Shown: piece after piece, positions 26,180 to 62,972 of the stretch
Numbering within the stretch: position 1 is the first letter of the stretch
Layout: each line of letters begins with the position of its first letter
Position numbers and translations under genes: made by a program
DNA from: Octopus sinensis
Lineage: Eukaryota
DNA length: 64,000 nucleotides
Direction of reading: 5' to 3'
Assembly (NCBI RefSeq): GCF_006345805.1
Contig: NC_043009.1
Coordinates: 14,136,001-14,200,000, forward strand
Notes under the pieces: generated by a model
Database searches by the model: none
The model's input: the letters and a program-made list of their open reading frames with translations, nothing else
What the model was told of the DNA's origin: nothing

Positions 26180-27022
26180 TGTTGATTGTCTGACCTTGTG
26201 CAACTGGAATTAAACACATGTCTTTATTTTTTCTTCTCCCCTCTTTAACCATTTGAATGACTTTTAATTTCGGTAAACTTCGGTATTGTTGCTTTCTAGC
26301 TCCGAGTACTTTGCTTTTTGTCTGTTTCATCAGCTAACATATTTCCTCTTCTTTTTAACAAAAGGGTCTCTTTAATGTCTAAAACTCCCTATATGCCTTC
26401 TTAATTTGTTTACTTGGACTTCTAAATTGTTCTACATTTATTAATCCTGTTCCTGCATCCTTTCTATTGAAATACAGTAAGTCAGAACACGCTTGTAGGT
26501 GATCTTGCACATTGTTAGCAATATCTTTGCTTTTCTATCTACTCAAACTCCTTTCTTTACTCCCTTGATTATCCAAGCGATATACCTGATGATAAGAACA
26601 TCTCTTGAGTTTCATTCATTGTTGTAGTCTTTATACAATCAATTTACAAACCCCAAGGCATTCATATCTATCATCTGCATCAGACACCATATTTTCGTTC
26701 GATGGTTTTTTCCAGTCTCTTTTCTGGTATTCTCCTTTCTTCATCGCAAAAGTTCGGAAGCACTCTAATAGTACTAACAAAGGTATTGAATTCCATCTCT
26801 GTCCTGTTGTTAAATTTTAGATCGACTATGAATAGCAAATCGTTAAATATATCTTTAGTGTTTACTGGGCTATATCGAGCATATACATTCCTCAGATCCA
26901 ATGAGAGTTGGGTAACAGCATTAACAAACAGTAGGGGCGATAGACTATGACCTTGGGAGATATTTTGAACTATTTTCGCTTTTCCAAATAAGTGTCTACT
27001 CGCTTCGGCTGTCCGTTTTCCG

Positions 27023-27027
<5 letters not shown>
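26180..27027 (-). pseudogene. R4/Dong-like LINE reverse transcriptase remnant
   Basis: ISQGHSLSPLLF (QGDSLSP motif), NDLLFIVDLK (YMDD-like), YECLG and a GxGL-type segment. Confidence 0.65.
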
Positions 27028-27090
<63 letters not shown>

Positions 27091-27126
27091 AATATATATA
27101 TATTTATATATATATGTATATATATG

Positions 27127-27199
<73 letters not shown>

Positions 27200-27261
27200 G
27201 TATATATATGTATATATATACATATATATACATATATATATATATATACATATATATATAC

Positions 27262-27296
<35 letters not shown>

Positions 27297-27374
27297 CATA
27301 TATATACATATATATATATATGGTGTGTGTGTATGAATATATGCGTGTGCATATGTACACATATATAAATAGTT

Positions 27375-27417
<43 letters not shown>

Positions 27418-27480
27418 TATGTACATATATAGGCATATACCCCAATATATGTGCATATGTACATATATATATATACAAAC
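27025..27480. repeat. (TA)n / (TATG)n microsatellite
   Basis: Seen directly. Confidence 0.95.
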
Positions 27481-27699
27481 ATACAAGCATACATACATAG
27501 TGATTGTCAGGCGTATAAATTTCTCAAGAGGCGCAGTGTTCAGAACCTGCAGGCAACACATCTTTTTTCAATCTTCGTCTATTTCATATATGTACAATGT
27601 ATATACCTGCATTTGTGTGTGTGTGTGTATATGAACGTATGCATATGTGTATGTATGGATATGTATACGTGTGGACATGTATATAGTACAAACATATAC

Positions 27700-28058
27700 A
27701 TATATACATGGTGATTGTCTACTCCTTATGCAGAGTTTGACCACATCCTGTACCTTCACCTTAGCACCATGATGGCGTTTGATGTAACTTTTGAAACCAG
27801 ACAATGTTCTGAAAAGTCACCCACATCGATTGCACCTCCGATTTGCACCACCAAGACCTGCAGCTAAGTTCTGATCTTTGTGGATCTTAAAATGTCTTTT
27901 GAGGCCTCAGTTGGATTTGAAAACCTTCTTGCATACAACGTATTCAAAGGTGTGCACAGACATATAGCCAGAATAGCTGGTGGAGGTTCGCATTCCATGC
28001 GTTCACAGATGAGATTTGAGGCCAGCAAAAGACAGGAATGGTCTGTCATAAACCATAA

Positions 28059-28060
<2 letters not shown>
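27700..28060 (-). pseudogene. LINE 3' end remnant with two C2H2-like fingers (RTE-like)
   Basis: Minus-strand VCKKVFKSN*GLKRHFKIH and CNRCG*LFRTLSGFKSYIKRHH. Confidence 0.45.
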
Positions 28061-28144
<84 letters not shown>

Positions 28145-28436
28145 ATATAGGTAGAGAGATAGATATACAAGTATAATAAACAGAATGGAGAAAGTTCAAA
28201 CGAGGCAAACTACAATGAACACATGTATACGGATTTCATTACGATAAAAATTGTCCAACATGATTATGGACACTAATATGGGCAGGTGTAGACTATGCAT
28301 AAAAGATCAGACACTATCCTCCGCCTGTCGAATTCTCCCGTATTAAATAAGTTTTCCGATGCTACTCATTCATGTAGCCACAGATATTACTCAACTTTCT
28401 TGAGACTTTTTAAATCCGAATATACTCAACAATAGC

Positions 28437-28535
28437 CTTACCAAGTTACGCCGCATTACTTAACATCATCTTACCAAGTTACGCCGCATTACTTAACATC
28501 ATCTTACCAAGTTACGCCGCATTACTTAACATCAT
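28437..28535 (+). repeat. Perfect 33-bp tandem triplicate
   Basis: cttaccaagttacgccgcattacttaacatcat x3, exact. Confidence 0.95.
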
Positions 28536-28742
28536 ATTGCCTATAACACGATATTACCTATAATGCGATATTGCCAATAAAAATATAAATTTTAATTAAG
28601 ACAATAAGTAAGGTAGTTTTTACTCCCATCAGCCCTCATGTAGGCTTCCACCATTTGCAAGATATATCTGTTCTTCCATAAAAGCTTCCAGTTACCTTAT
28701 ACCTTGGCAACGAACTGAATGCATACTGTAAACATCATTTTT

Positions 28743-28830
28743 TCCCCTGATGAAGGAGACGTTCTCTGAAAATGAATTTTAAGATTCATTTTTTACTCGG
28801 AGGACTGAACCCCTGAAACGGTCGTAGGAA
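28743..28830 (+). ncRNA. Hammerhead-like motif with extended stem II
   Basis: CUGAUGA-agg...[aaaaugaau/auucauuuu hairpin]...ccu-GAAAC-gguc-GUA^GGAA; stem I uucc/ggaa is out of register by one nt. Confidence 0.55.
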
Positions 28831-29129
28831 TATTTTTTTTAATATGTAACCTAAAAAGTTTTTGACGCCAATTATTTTCTCTTCACTATATCTTTAATTC
28901 TTTTTCTAAAAATACGTTTCTATCAATAATCCTATATTTCATTTTGTTATTACTATGTTTGTACATTCATATGTTTATATGTCCATATATATTTTTAATA
29001 TTCGTATATTTTTATATGTATTTTTAATATATCAATATGTTTTTGGACAATTTCTATCTTAATTAAACCGTTGAAGTACCAACTAGTGATTTCATTACCT
29101 TCGTGCGCTCAGGACAGTGGGTCCGTTTC

Positions 29130-29760
29130 AAGAAGAAAAACAGTAAACATCCTGTGAGCGATAAAAAGTGGAACGGCTATTGGTAGGTGACTGCAGATTT
29201 ACCAGGGTGTCAGGGACTCTTTCCCACCCCAGTTACGAAGAAACCGGGAATTTTAATGTGGTGTGAAAGAAAGAAAGTTATGAATCTAGTCGAGTTAACG
29301 GTTCCTTATGAAGGGAACATGGACGCCGATCGTGCTCGAAAGACTGATCCTTATGTAAACCTCCTCGAGGAATGTGAAGACACTTGCTGGAAAGCAGAGC
29401 ATCTTCCAATCGAAGTCGAATGTAGAGGGTTTGTCAGACGGTCTGAGACGACTGTTATCGTTAGGCCTAAATCATCGTAAAGTAAATACCACCATAACCG
29501 ATATTCAAACTTCAATGGAAAAGGCTAGCCACTGGATTTGGTTAAAAGGTGATGATGAGCGTTGGGTACAAGAATATTGAGTTTTATTTTCATAACCAGT
29601 TGATATAGCAAGTGGGGCCTCATTTCAGTGAGGAGGGCCGGTGCGCATTGCTGCCGTCAAAAGGTAGGCCCTGAAACGGCGCACATTCTGTCCTGATGAC
29701 CTCCATACATTTACTGGCTTCCGGTATGCGGAGCTCTCGACTGGTAGCAATTCCACGTGC
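29130..29760 (+). pseudogene. HERO/NeSL-like LINE 3' remnant (restriction-like endonuclease and 3' UTR)
   Basis: KKPGILMW...VELTVPYE...RK...Y..L...PIEVECRGF...EKASHWIWLK matches the RLE pattern. Confidence 0.75.
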
Positions 29761-29904
29761 AAGCTGTTGCAAAACATCCGTATATATATATATGTACATT
29801 GTAGTTTGCCTGATTTGAACTTACGCCATTCCATTTATTATACTTGTCTAACGTCTAAGGTTCGACTTGAACATTTCTATGCGGTCTGTATCTTTCGTAA
29901 GAAA

Positions 29905-30024
<120 letters not shown>

Positions 30025-30189
30025 GGATTTGAGTATATTCGGACTTTTCATCTTATTTTTATAATAAATAAATATATATAAACCACGGTTTATATAGTTA
30101 CCTTGTAGCTGAGTATTAAATGTAATGTTTAATATTCTTTGTATAGGTAACTAACCAGTACATTCATGGCATTTTTGCTATAACTTCTG

Positions 30190-30228
<39 letters not shown>

Positions 30229-30429
30229 TGCATAATGCATATTTTTGTACATCAAATGAACAAAGATGGAAACAATGGTCTGTTAACTGCAGACTCCTCA
30301 GTACTGCCAACTTATTGCTCGGATGGTTCAGCTGAAACCATTTGTCAGTATATATGTGTATCTACCATGTCAAATTATTACTGATTTAGTGAAATGCTTA
30401 TGTGAATATTTAAAATTAATATAAGTACT

Positions 30430-31022
30430 TAATCGCAATATAAAACCACAACGAAAAAACTTAGTAGTTACTAACTGAAAGTGAGGGTACTGCACAGCAC
30501 CGATATTGTTAGAAATAAGAGTAAAGACCCTTAAAGCTGTACAAACGTACATTTATATACACTGACAGTGGAGATAAGCCCACCCATGAGCAAAGCTGGA
30601 AACACAGGATTAGTTTTGTCTGTTAATTGCACCCTAGTTATAATTAGTAATGGTTAATTTTTTCCTCTGTAGTTTTATATTGTTCTTAGATGGTTTTATA
30701 AATTTTCAATCTAATTTTTTAGCTTTATGCTCAATGAGCCATAAAGTTATATGGTAAATATATATACTGACAGAGTGTTTTCACTGAACCATCCGAGTAA
30801 TGGGGTATACGCTACTGACGAGTCTGAGTAGCTGATGAAACTAGTCCACTGTTTCGAGCTTTGCTCATGGGGTGGTTATCTCCCCTCTTAGTATATATAG
30901 ATGTGCGTTTATGCAGCTTTCGGAGTTTTAATCGTTATTTCTAGCAATATAGGTGTTATTCCGCACCCTCAGTCACAATTAGTGACGGTTAAAAATTTCC
31001 TGTATGGGTTTATATTGTGTAT
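30430..31022. repeat. Diverged inverted repeat, arms about 190 bp (30430-30620 and 30834-31022)
   Basis: ggagataagcccacccatgagcaaagctggaaaca versus tgtttcgagctttgctcatggggtggttatctcc; similarity continues across both arms. Confidence 0.85.
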
Positions 31023-31062
31023 AAATTCGTTTTGTGTATTTTCTAGTGTGATTTGGCAAGCT

Positions 31063-31532
31063 CTACATACATACATACATTCATACATACATACATACAT
31101 ACATGCATACATACATACATACATACATACATACATACATGCATGCATACATACATACATACATGCATACATACATACATGCATACATACATACATACAT
31201 GCATACATACATGCATACATACATACATACATACATAAATACATGCATACATACATACATACATGCATACATATATACATGCATACATACATACATACAT
31301 ACATACATACATACATACATACATACATACATACATGCATGCATACATACATACATGCATACATACATACATGCATACATACATACATACATGCATACAT
31401 ACATGCATACATACATACATACATACATAAATACATGCATACATACATACATACATGCATACATATATACATGCATACATACATACATACATACATACAT
31501 ACATACATACATACATACATACATACATACAT
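31063..31532. repeat. (CATA)n/(CATG) microsatellite with higher-order duplication
   Basis: Seen directly; the block containing cataaatacatgc occurs twice. Confidence 0.95.
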
Positions 31533-33351
31533 AGTGAGTGGTCAACCCATAGTTTTACAATAGGCACTCAAAACCCGCACGTGATGTTACTGCTTTTTTT
31601 CTCCTAGTGTTTGTATGTATGTTTGTATATGTGTGTGTGTGAGTAATTAATTATCTTAAAGTAATTTTGTTATAGTTCACAATATCGCAATTTCAAATCC
31701 CAGCGGGCACTCTATGTCATCAATTTGTATCTCTGTGTATTTATTCATTCTTCCATCTAACAATCCACATGCACCTTCCACCATCAACCTGTCAATCCAA
31801 ACTTCTATCAGTCAATCAGTTCATTCATTGATTACTCAATGAACTATATATTTATCGATCTAGCAATCCATCAAGGAATAACACAGATCATCTACATTTA
31901 AACAGCTTTCCTAAATATTGCGCCGATATCACTGTTATGGAGGATCTGAAAATGATGTGAACTCAAGTCATACCCCTGACCAAACTAATACATTCTCCCC
32001 ATGAAAAGAAAAAAAAACAAAGAAAGAAACCCAGAAAACAGAACTTTATACATTATTCTTTATTAGGAAGTATTTTTTCAGTGAGTTGTATTTTTTAAAT
32101 AGAAATACATTTCTGGCAGATTATGTTTTGAAGTTCGGTATATTAAACTGTCAGCTAATAGAACCTTTTAAGTAAAAATAAATAAATGAAATTCAAAATC
32201 GATCCAGTTTTATCGTTTAAAACAAAAAAAAAAAGAAGAAACATTAAAAAATTAACAAACATGTAAATAAAATGCTCGAGTAAACACACTGGAGTGTTAG
32301 CTAGAAGATATAGATCAATAGCCGAGGTTATTATCCAAGACATAAATCAATAGCTGAAATCAATACCGGAGGGGGCATCACAGCAAGCAGTTAGTCTTTA
32401 ATTATGGTTAATTTTTCTCAAGGGAAATTATGAAATAATCCCGGATTATGATACTTGATGTCACTAGTAAATCATTTTACGTTTCAAGTTTAAAAGTTAA
32501 GCTGGATAGGGAGTTATTTGACTGCAAATATTTATCGTATTCTGTTGTGATTGATAAATTTGGGGCAAAAACAGTTGCTTTTAGAAGTTCCACTTTCGGA
32601 CTGATTAGGTTTCTTTGTAGGTGAGAGTATCAGTTCGGTTCTTTATTGTTGAATCTTCCAACAGAATTTGCTTTTTCGAACGACATCAGATATATCACAT
32701 AAACACAGAAATATTAACAATATGCATATTACAGGCATAAATTACAGATGCATGGATTTATATATATATATATAATTATTTGAGATATGTTCTATTCGTG
32801 AATATTCATATCTTTGAGTATTTGTAAGCATAATTATTCCAGTAATATTCATAATCTGTTGTCACTTATGAAATATTCACGCGTACTTCACATATTTGAA
32901 AGTTTATCACTGTTTGTAAATATACATATCATAACGAACCGAACCGACACCTCAAAGGACAGGTAGACACACAGACACACACAGACACACACAGACACAG
33001 ACACACACAGACACACACATACACACACACACACATAAGATTTTCACACTAGGTCGTTAATGACGGCAAATTATTCTTTCAGATCTGTGGAATTCATCTA
33101 ATGTTATTTTGACAACGAAACTAAACCAGTCCTAAATTATATAAAATTCTTTCATCAATTATTTTGTTTCTCAAATACAATTTGTCTTTCTAGATCCAAA
33201 TAACAACTAGTGGAAAAAAATACACCAGCAAACTAAAGAAAAAGTATTGAATGTGGGCCACATCTAAAAACATGGCTTATTCTTACAGCAGTTTATATGC
33301 ATGTTTGTGTGTGTGTGTCTGTGTGTATATGAGCACGATGTGTACATACAT

Positions 33352-33424
<73 letters not shown>

Positions 33425-33719
33425 TGTATGTATGAATATACATTAATACATGCACACACACCCACATACCTATATAAATATATGTGAGGCTTTGGTGAGA
33501 AGCACGAGATAAAACAAGTTGTGACAGATAAGCTTTCAATGTAAGATTGATTTTCAGAGAGAACAAAGCATGCTCTAGAAAGATGTGCAATATTTTTGTT
33601 GTTAGGATGCACTTTTATATTGCAGCTAGACGCGAGTTAGACGTACGAATAGAAAGAAAATAGAAATAGTTTAAGGGTGTGGCATATGCTACATGCTCGT
33701 AAATTATCGTAAGTTATAC

Positions 33720-33731
33720 GCACACACATTT

Positions 33732-33770
<39 letters not shown>

Positions 33771-33965
33771 TATATATATATATTTAAGCATGTATATATG
33801 TGTGTGTGTTTATGTCTCTACGTGCATTACGTGTGTGTATATATATCTATATATATATATATATATCTATCTATCTATCTATATATATATATATAAATAT
33901 ATATATATATGTGTGTGTGTATGTATATATATGTGTATATGTATATATATATATATGTATGTATG

Positions 33966-34058
<93 letters not shown>
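33720..34058. repeat. (CA)n/(TA)n/(TATG)n compound microsatellite
   Basis: Seen directly. Confidence 0.9.
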
Positions 34059-34062
<4 letters not shown>

Positions 34063-35884
34063 ATGCCGTGGTGGAAAGTAGTTTGAAACAGACTTGTACT
34101 CTTTCAAGAAGTTTTAATAAGCAGATACTTTCATATATATTTCCATACTAACTCTGAAATAATATGGAAATAATTCATTTGCCCAAATATTCTTTTTTTA
34201 ATATTTCTTTAATAGTTTTCTTTTCAATGTTAAATTACACAACATAATTTACTCTTTTTCACGCTCTTGTTTCAGGCTTATATTATAATTGTCATTATCG
34301 TTATCATTAATATCACAATTATTATTCAATAAATAGACAAAAATGAAGAAATAATTATTATTATTTCCAATACTAATATTACGAGCCATGTATAACGCCT
34401 TCTATTTTAATTTTCCTTGATATATAGTCTACATATGTTCACGTGTATTTGCATGCATTCTTAAAACATTCTATACACACACGTGCGCTCGCACGCACGT
34501 ACACGCACGCACATCTACACACTCATGCATAGACATATTTTCTCATTTTCCTTATGCCGTTCATTTTCTAAAATCTTTTGATTTTGTTTTTTTTTGTTAA
34601 TTTTTTTATGTTAAACATTTTTAGTTTTCTCATTGAAAGACATTTTGAATTCCTTTGCCTGGCCAATTAAGCCAACAGAAGCGCATAATGTACCTACGTC
34701 TAAATTGACGCCGCAGAGAATGGCGGTAGTTCTATTTTCAAAACTTTAGATATAATTGGACTTATTTCTGCGAGTTCTGTTTTCCTGCAAAAGAAGGTAA
34801 AAAAGTTATGAGGGACAAGAACAAAATGATGTTTTCAGAATTAAAATAGAACACAATTTAGAATGATAAATGAAAACACAATCTACCCCACTCTCTCTAC
34901 TTCACTGTCACTCTCTCTTTCTGTCTTCCTCTTTTACACGTACCCATATATAAAATTGAAATAAAATTCATTCTGTAATAGTATCAAAATGACTAAATGA
35001 GTAAAAGAAAGACAAACAACACACTTTAAACAACTTGTCTTTCTTACTTCTGAAATGACCTGATACATAGTTGAGAAGCGGATATTTCAGTTAAAAGGTT
35101 ATAAAAGTAACAAAAATAATAACAGCAATTAACAAAGAAATTAGGGTATTACGTCAAAACTTCTTTGTATTGCACCTTGTCTAAAGTTTGTTGCTCTGGT
35201 ACTTCGATCTTCCTTGTGGTGATCACCTGTGAAATGAAGATTCCTAAAACTGTTTCGCACGTGAAAATGTAAGCGATTTTAAACAATATCTTTTTCCTGA
35301 TACAAAAGCGGGAAAACTCGCTTCAACCCTCTTATCACTAGGCTGATAGTGGTCGTTTATCTATATCGCTCCCACTCTCATTGTCCTAAGTTGCTGTGGT
35401 GTAATAACAACGATCTTTTACTTTCTCGTTTTCTTTTCGTTTGCATTCCCAACTTTTCAGCGGATATTTGTAATTAAAATATAATTCTGTAGCTTTATGA
35501 GAACTATCAAAATAAATTAAGGAATAAAAGAAAACCCAGTAAAGTCATTTAAAAAATTTAACACATCTAATTGCTCCGAAAAGTTGATACAAAGATTTAA
35601 AGGTGATAATTCGATGTAAAATATCTTTTTTAATGATTGAAAAACAATAATAATAAACCGAGTATTATATTTATTTTGTTTCTCTCACCTTCTTTTAAGT
35701 TTAATAGCACTAAATTTGTTTCTTCCTTTCCCTACACCTTCGTTGACTGCAAAAATGAAACATAAACTATCTGCATCTAACACATTATAACAAGATTCCA
35801 TATCTTGCCAGCAGCCTTGTCATAATTTATTCCTCTTAAATGGTTGTTTGCATAAGTTCTCAGTTTAACATTTTATGCCTCTAT

Positions 35885-35926
<42 letters not shown>

Positions 35927-38012
35927 AGAGTAGTAATTAACACTGCTGCTTACTGGCTTACATTTGGAGACCGTAATTGGGAACTATTTTGCTTTGTACT
36001 GAAAACTTTCCCTTACATTTTTGCGGATATCTTGCAAAGTATGCAAGCCCTGCGAAATTCCAGCAAATTTCATAAAAATAGTCATCAGTGACGGCAAAAG
36101 AAAATATCTTGGATCTTTTGTTTCTCCATCTTATTGACTGCTTAAAGATTTTGAATTTCTTAGTTAAATTCGATGTGCAATTTCCGTCCCACCAGTGCAT
36201 GGGTTGCTCTGTTCACGATGTTCCAGACTATGCTGAATGTTCGATTCTGTAGTTCGTTAATTTCCAAACCATATGCAACAGGGAAGTAGAAATTTTTCCT
36301 GACACTTGACCTCAATGAGTGTATGTGTTGGTTATTTCCTTTCTTAAAATACATGCAGTCAGGCTCGAGAAATGTTTTGGGACCGAATTTTCTTTACATA
36401 GAGTTGTGGTTTCAATAGTTCTGGCATACTCATTTCCCCCATATTTCATATAACCCCAAAGAGGTTCTTATATATGAAATCGGAGACAAACTTTCAAACA
36501 ATATATTTTAAGTAATTATTATCTATAAATTAATTAAAGAGATAAGACTACTGAAACAGGTGTGCGTATATATTACTTAAAGTTGCAAATTATGTTACTA
36601 TTTGCTTTATAGTAATCATATGATGTGATTTTGGTCCCGTTTGATCCATGGATTTCGTTATTTCTCGTCGTTTTCTCTTTCTGTGCAGGTTGCGCACCAC
36701 AGTTACATGCGTAAACTCAGAGAAGTAATTACAGATGTATATGCATATGTGTACTTTGAGATTGTAATGCTCTATTTGAGGAAGATTTAGTTCCTAATTC
36801 TTGTGGCTCAGAGACCTATAGCGGTTGAAAATGTAATTGTCATACTTGAAAATGAGTGCTTTCTAATATGTCTGTGCGTCTATGAGCCTCACTTCGTGAT
36901 TTTCTTTTAACAATCATGGCCAAGGTCATGATAGCGAACACCCGCCTCAACATCTGTTTCGTCTTGAATAACAATTATTTTAACTTCAGAGTCTAACACG
37001 CATTTTATAACATTTCATTTCCTTCCTTAGCTTCATCGTGTTCTTCTTCATAATCATTAGCTTCAATACTATTATTATTAACAACAACAACAACAACAAC
37101 AACGACACCACCACCAGCAACGACGACGACAACGATGACAACAGCAATAGAACTTTACAAAACACACAAATATAAATTTTTAACAACAAACGTTCTCATG
37201 ACACAAAGAAAAAGTTAGTAAAAGCAACAGATGCACTATAAATATAGAAAATAAAATTAGAAAGACAAAAAGAAACAACACAGGTAAATGTAAAAAAAAA
37301 TATAGAATAAAAGAAATTAAAAATATTATTTCAGGTAATTTTCCCCTTTGTTATACTCTGGAGGCAACAATTAAGGAAATAATGATGTAAATTGATAATG
37401 AAATGTTAAATCAGTAGCAGGAGAATGCATCACCCAGAGGGTAAGGAAGTACACACACGCACACACACACACACACATGTTCTGTACGTTACATGGATAA
37501 ACATTATATATATATAAACACGCACGCACACTTCCGCAAAGAAAATTCACACACATACACAAATCCAAGCCTGCGTATACATATGCAGAATTGTACACAA
37601 ACATATGTTGATGCACACATACGTCTACATGCATTCGAACACGTACAGACAGACTGGTACATAACGAAGCAGACAGATAATTTATTTTAATTCTTGTCAG
37701 TTGATGTGGCAAGATTCTGTCTATCACAACATGGGCCTGCAGGAATCAGAAATGAAAGACAATATCTGAATAATTTCTAACGAGAGTAGCTGATTGATGA
37801 TCACATTGATAATTAATATAATTGTTCATGCTATACTGCATGTTGGGCCGTCCTTGGATGGGTGTAATAGCACATCCATTTGAAAAAGCGTTTGTAGGAC
37901 ATCACTCAAACCGTCTCTTTTTCTATCTAGAAGAAAAGACACTGCACATAGTCTCCTTTGAGCTTTTTCAAAACCCAATGCAGCTATATTAAAAAGAACG
38001 AGAGAGAGCGAA

Positions 38013-38065
<53 letters not shown>

Positions 38066-39090
38066 GAGAGATCTCACTCCAGTAGTTGGCTGGTACTTTT
38101 ATTTATCGACCCTGGAAGAATAAAAGCGAAGATGGACATCGGCAGGAGTTTAACGCAGTATGCAGAACATTTTACCCGACGCTCTAACGAGCCTACTAAC
38201 AAATAAGGTACAATCATTTTGAAACACTTTATTCGCAGCGATCTTACCAACAATCTACCTAGCTTTAAGTAGGTAACATAGTACTGTAGAATACCTGTTC
38301 TTGTTGATTAGTTCCCAATTCATTCCTTGTTCAATACGCCGAAGCTTAAATCTAATGTATCAGCTGTGGCTATTCTGATCCTTTTTCGGCCCAGTGTAAC
38401 AAGCACTATTATAATTCAGTGAATGTTTTCTTCTTTTGAAGGGTTTATTTTAACTGTTAGTTCTGGTAAGTCGAACAACTATGTAAATGTTCTTCTAGAC
38501 GGCTTGGTGATAATTAAATGTTTAGATGCAAGCGTAGGATATTAATATATATGGTATAAGGTATATGTTGATGGCGGCTGAACTTCAGGATTCATTGGAT
38601 GTCAGGCATAATTTCCTAAAATTTGAAACTTAAAGATTGCGGTCTACGATTTGTTCACTTCATTGAAGAAACTGTATGAATATATAGAGGTTTACTTAAT
38701 AACTGGTTGTTTCATTACTTTCCTAGCTATGTTAGCTCAAGGCAACTCTGACAGAAGTGATCCACATATAGTGATTAGAATAAGTAAATGGAAGCAACAG
38801 AAACACTGTTCTAATTATGCTGTCTCTCCGTTTAATATACCTTCATACACTTGTGGCGTTTGTTTTAGCGCTCTACATCTGAATTCTAATTCCTGTCGAG
38901 GTTAGATTTACCTTTCATAAATTCTAATCGATACAGTACCTGACTAGTATAGGGGATTATAGGAATTAGAATATTTTCTTCCAGATCATTGCGTTCTGAG
39001 TTCTTGGTTGGTATAATTATTTTGTCACGTGTTTCAACACACTACTTGGATGATTTCAGTGATCCCTTTGTTGCAAAAGTTCTGGTCAGA

Positions 39091-39471
39091 TTAGAGTATA
39101 AGGTTTTTCTTCTTCAGCGTAGAACCTGAAGAAATAAAGGGCTTTCTTTTCTTCATGACTAAATGGTATAAAAACACTCTGATATGCAATGACTCATTGT
39201 GTATAAGATGTGATGGCGCAATTCTTATACGTTGCTCTATGATAAACGTGCAGTGAGATTCTGTAAGCTTGTCGGTTCTGTTTCTAACCATTTGTAAAGT
39301 AACAAATGTTTGTTGTAATGGGGATGGTTTTGATACTTTGGTGTTAAGCATTGATATTTTCCCGCGATGCTGTTTTCGTTTAAGCAGTTGTCCTTGTCTT
39401 TCAGTCTTTTTCTTTTTCTTTATTGTTCTTTGTATTTTTGTTGTTGTTGTGGTTGTGTAGTCGCAGGTTAA
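39091..39471 (-). CDS. Candidate terminal (C-tail) exon of the iGluR gene
   Basis: caatttcag|TTA ACC is in phase 0, matching the upstream donor 824 bp away; open for 126 codons to TAA. The polypyrimidine tract is weak and there is no recognisable homology. Confidence 0.4.
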   Translation of the reverse strand, partial: LTCDYTTTTTTKIQRTIKKKKKTERQGQLLKRKQHRGKISMLNTKVSKPSPLQQTFVTLQMVRNRTDKLTESHCTFIIEQRIRIAPSHLIHNESLHIRVFLYHLVMKKRKPFISSGSTLKKKNLIL

Positions 39472-40295
39472 CTGAAATTGTTCCCATATGCTCATAAGCA
39501 TATTTTAGGAATACGAAAGACACCTAATGCAATATGTCCTGTCTATATGAAAGAGTAATTTTTGGCTGCTATTTCTAGCAACTATTTCTAGAGTGATCAG
39601 GTAGAGACTTCAAGTAGTAATGATAGTAATGGTAATATTCAAAGAATTCTTCTTTATTTTTATCAAGAAAGCAATACCGATCTGAAAACTGAAACTGTAT
39701 TTCGTTGTGAAACTACAATAATATAATCTACGTTTCTCACCTATAAAATTAATAATATAAATTATATTATGTCTTTTCTTTATAAACTGATGCCATATCT
39801 AAGGCTAATAAATGCCATTATTTCGGTTGCTAGTATAAAATGCTCTGTTAAGAATGTGAAATTCAAATGTAGAATAGTTACACTTAAGTTTGTGTTGAGT
39901 ATTATAGGAACTGGGGACAACATCAGAAACAAGCGATTATAAATATAGAGAAATAACACGGTATGATAACTATCAGAGCATTTGTAATAAACTCCAGTAA
40001 AATTGACGCAGCAATCCAGGTGCCGTCTCCTGCCGTAGAAACATCAATAGCCTCTGGAGAAATAATTACTTCACATTTGATATTCCTCTACCTTAATAGT
40101 CATTGACAGCCATTATAATTGATGGCTGAGAGGAATAAATAAGGCATAAGGAGAAAGGAAAAGGAGAGAAAGAGAAAAAAGGTGGAAAAAGTGAAAGGAA
40201 AAAGTTTAGGAAAGAGAGAAAGAGGATAAAGAAAGAAATACATATAAAGCGAAAGGAATGGAATCAATATGGTGAAGTAGTGAAAGCAACATTAC

Positions 40296-62742
<22,447 letters not shown>

Positions 62743-62972
62743 CTGTTAGAGTAAAAGATGAAAATAATTATGGCAAGGATTTTGTGTAAATAAAAATACA
62801 AATGTATTATAACTTTGGACAAACTAAACTGTTTCTTGCAGATATAATAAACTTTCTAAACAAGCCTTCCTTGCTGGATTTATACAGAAGTCATTAATTC
62901 TGTATAAAAACAAAAATGTAGTGTCTCAAATAAAAAGCGGACTGTTTATGCAACCAAATCAAAAGGAATTTG

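Noticed and set aside
29660-29705. GAAAC...CTGATGA order in the HERO-like 3' UTR suggesting a type II hammerhead
   Set aside because: No stem II complementarity (ccct versus cctc) and no clear stems I or III.
36660-36740. Strong plus-strand acceptor-like site (ttttctctttctgtgcag|g)
   Set aside because: No ORF, donor or partner exons support a plus-strand gene.
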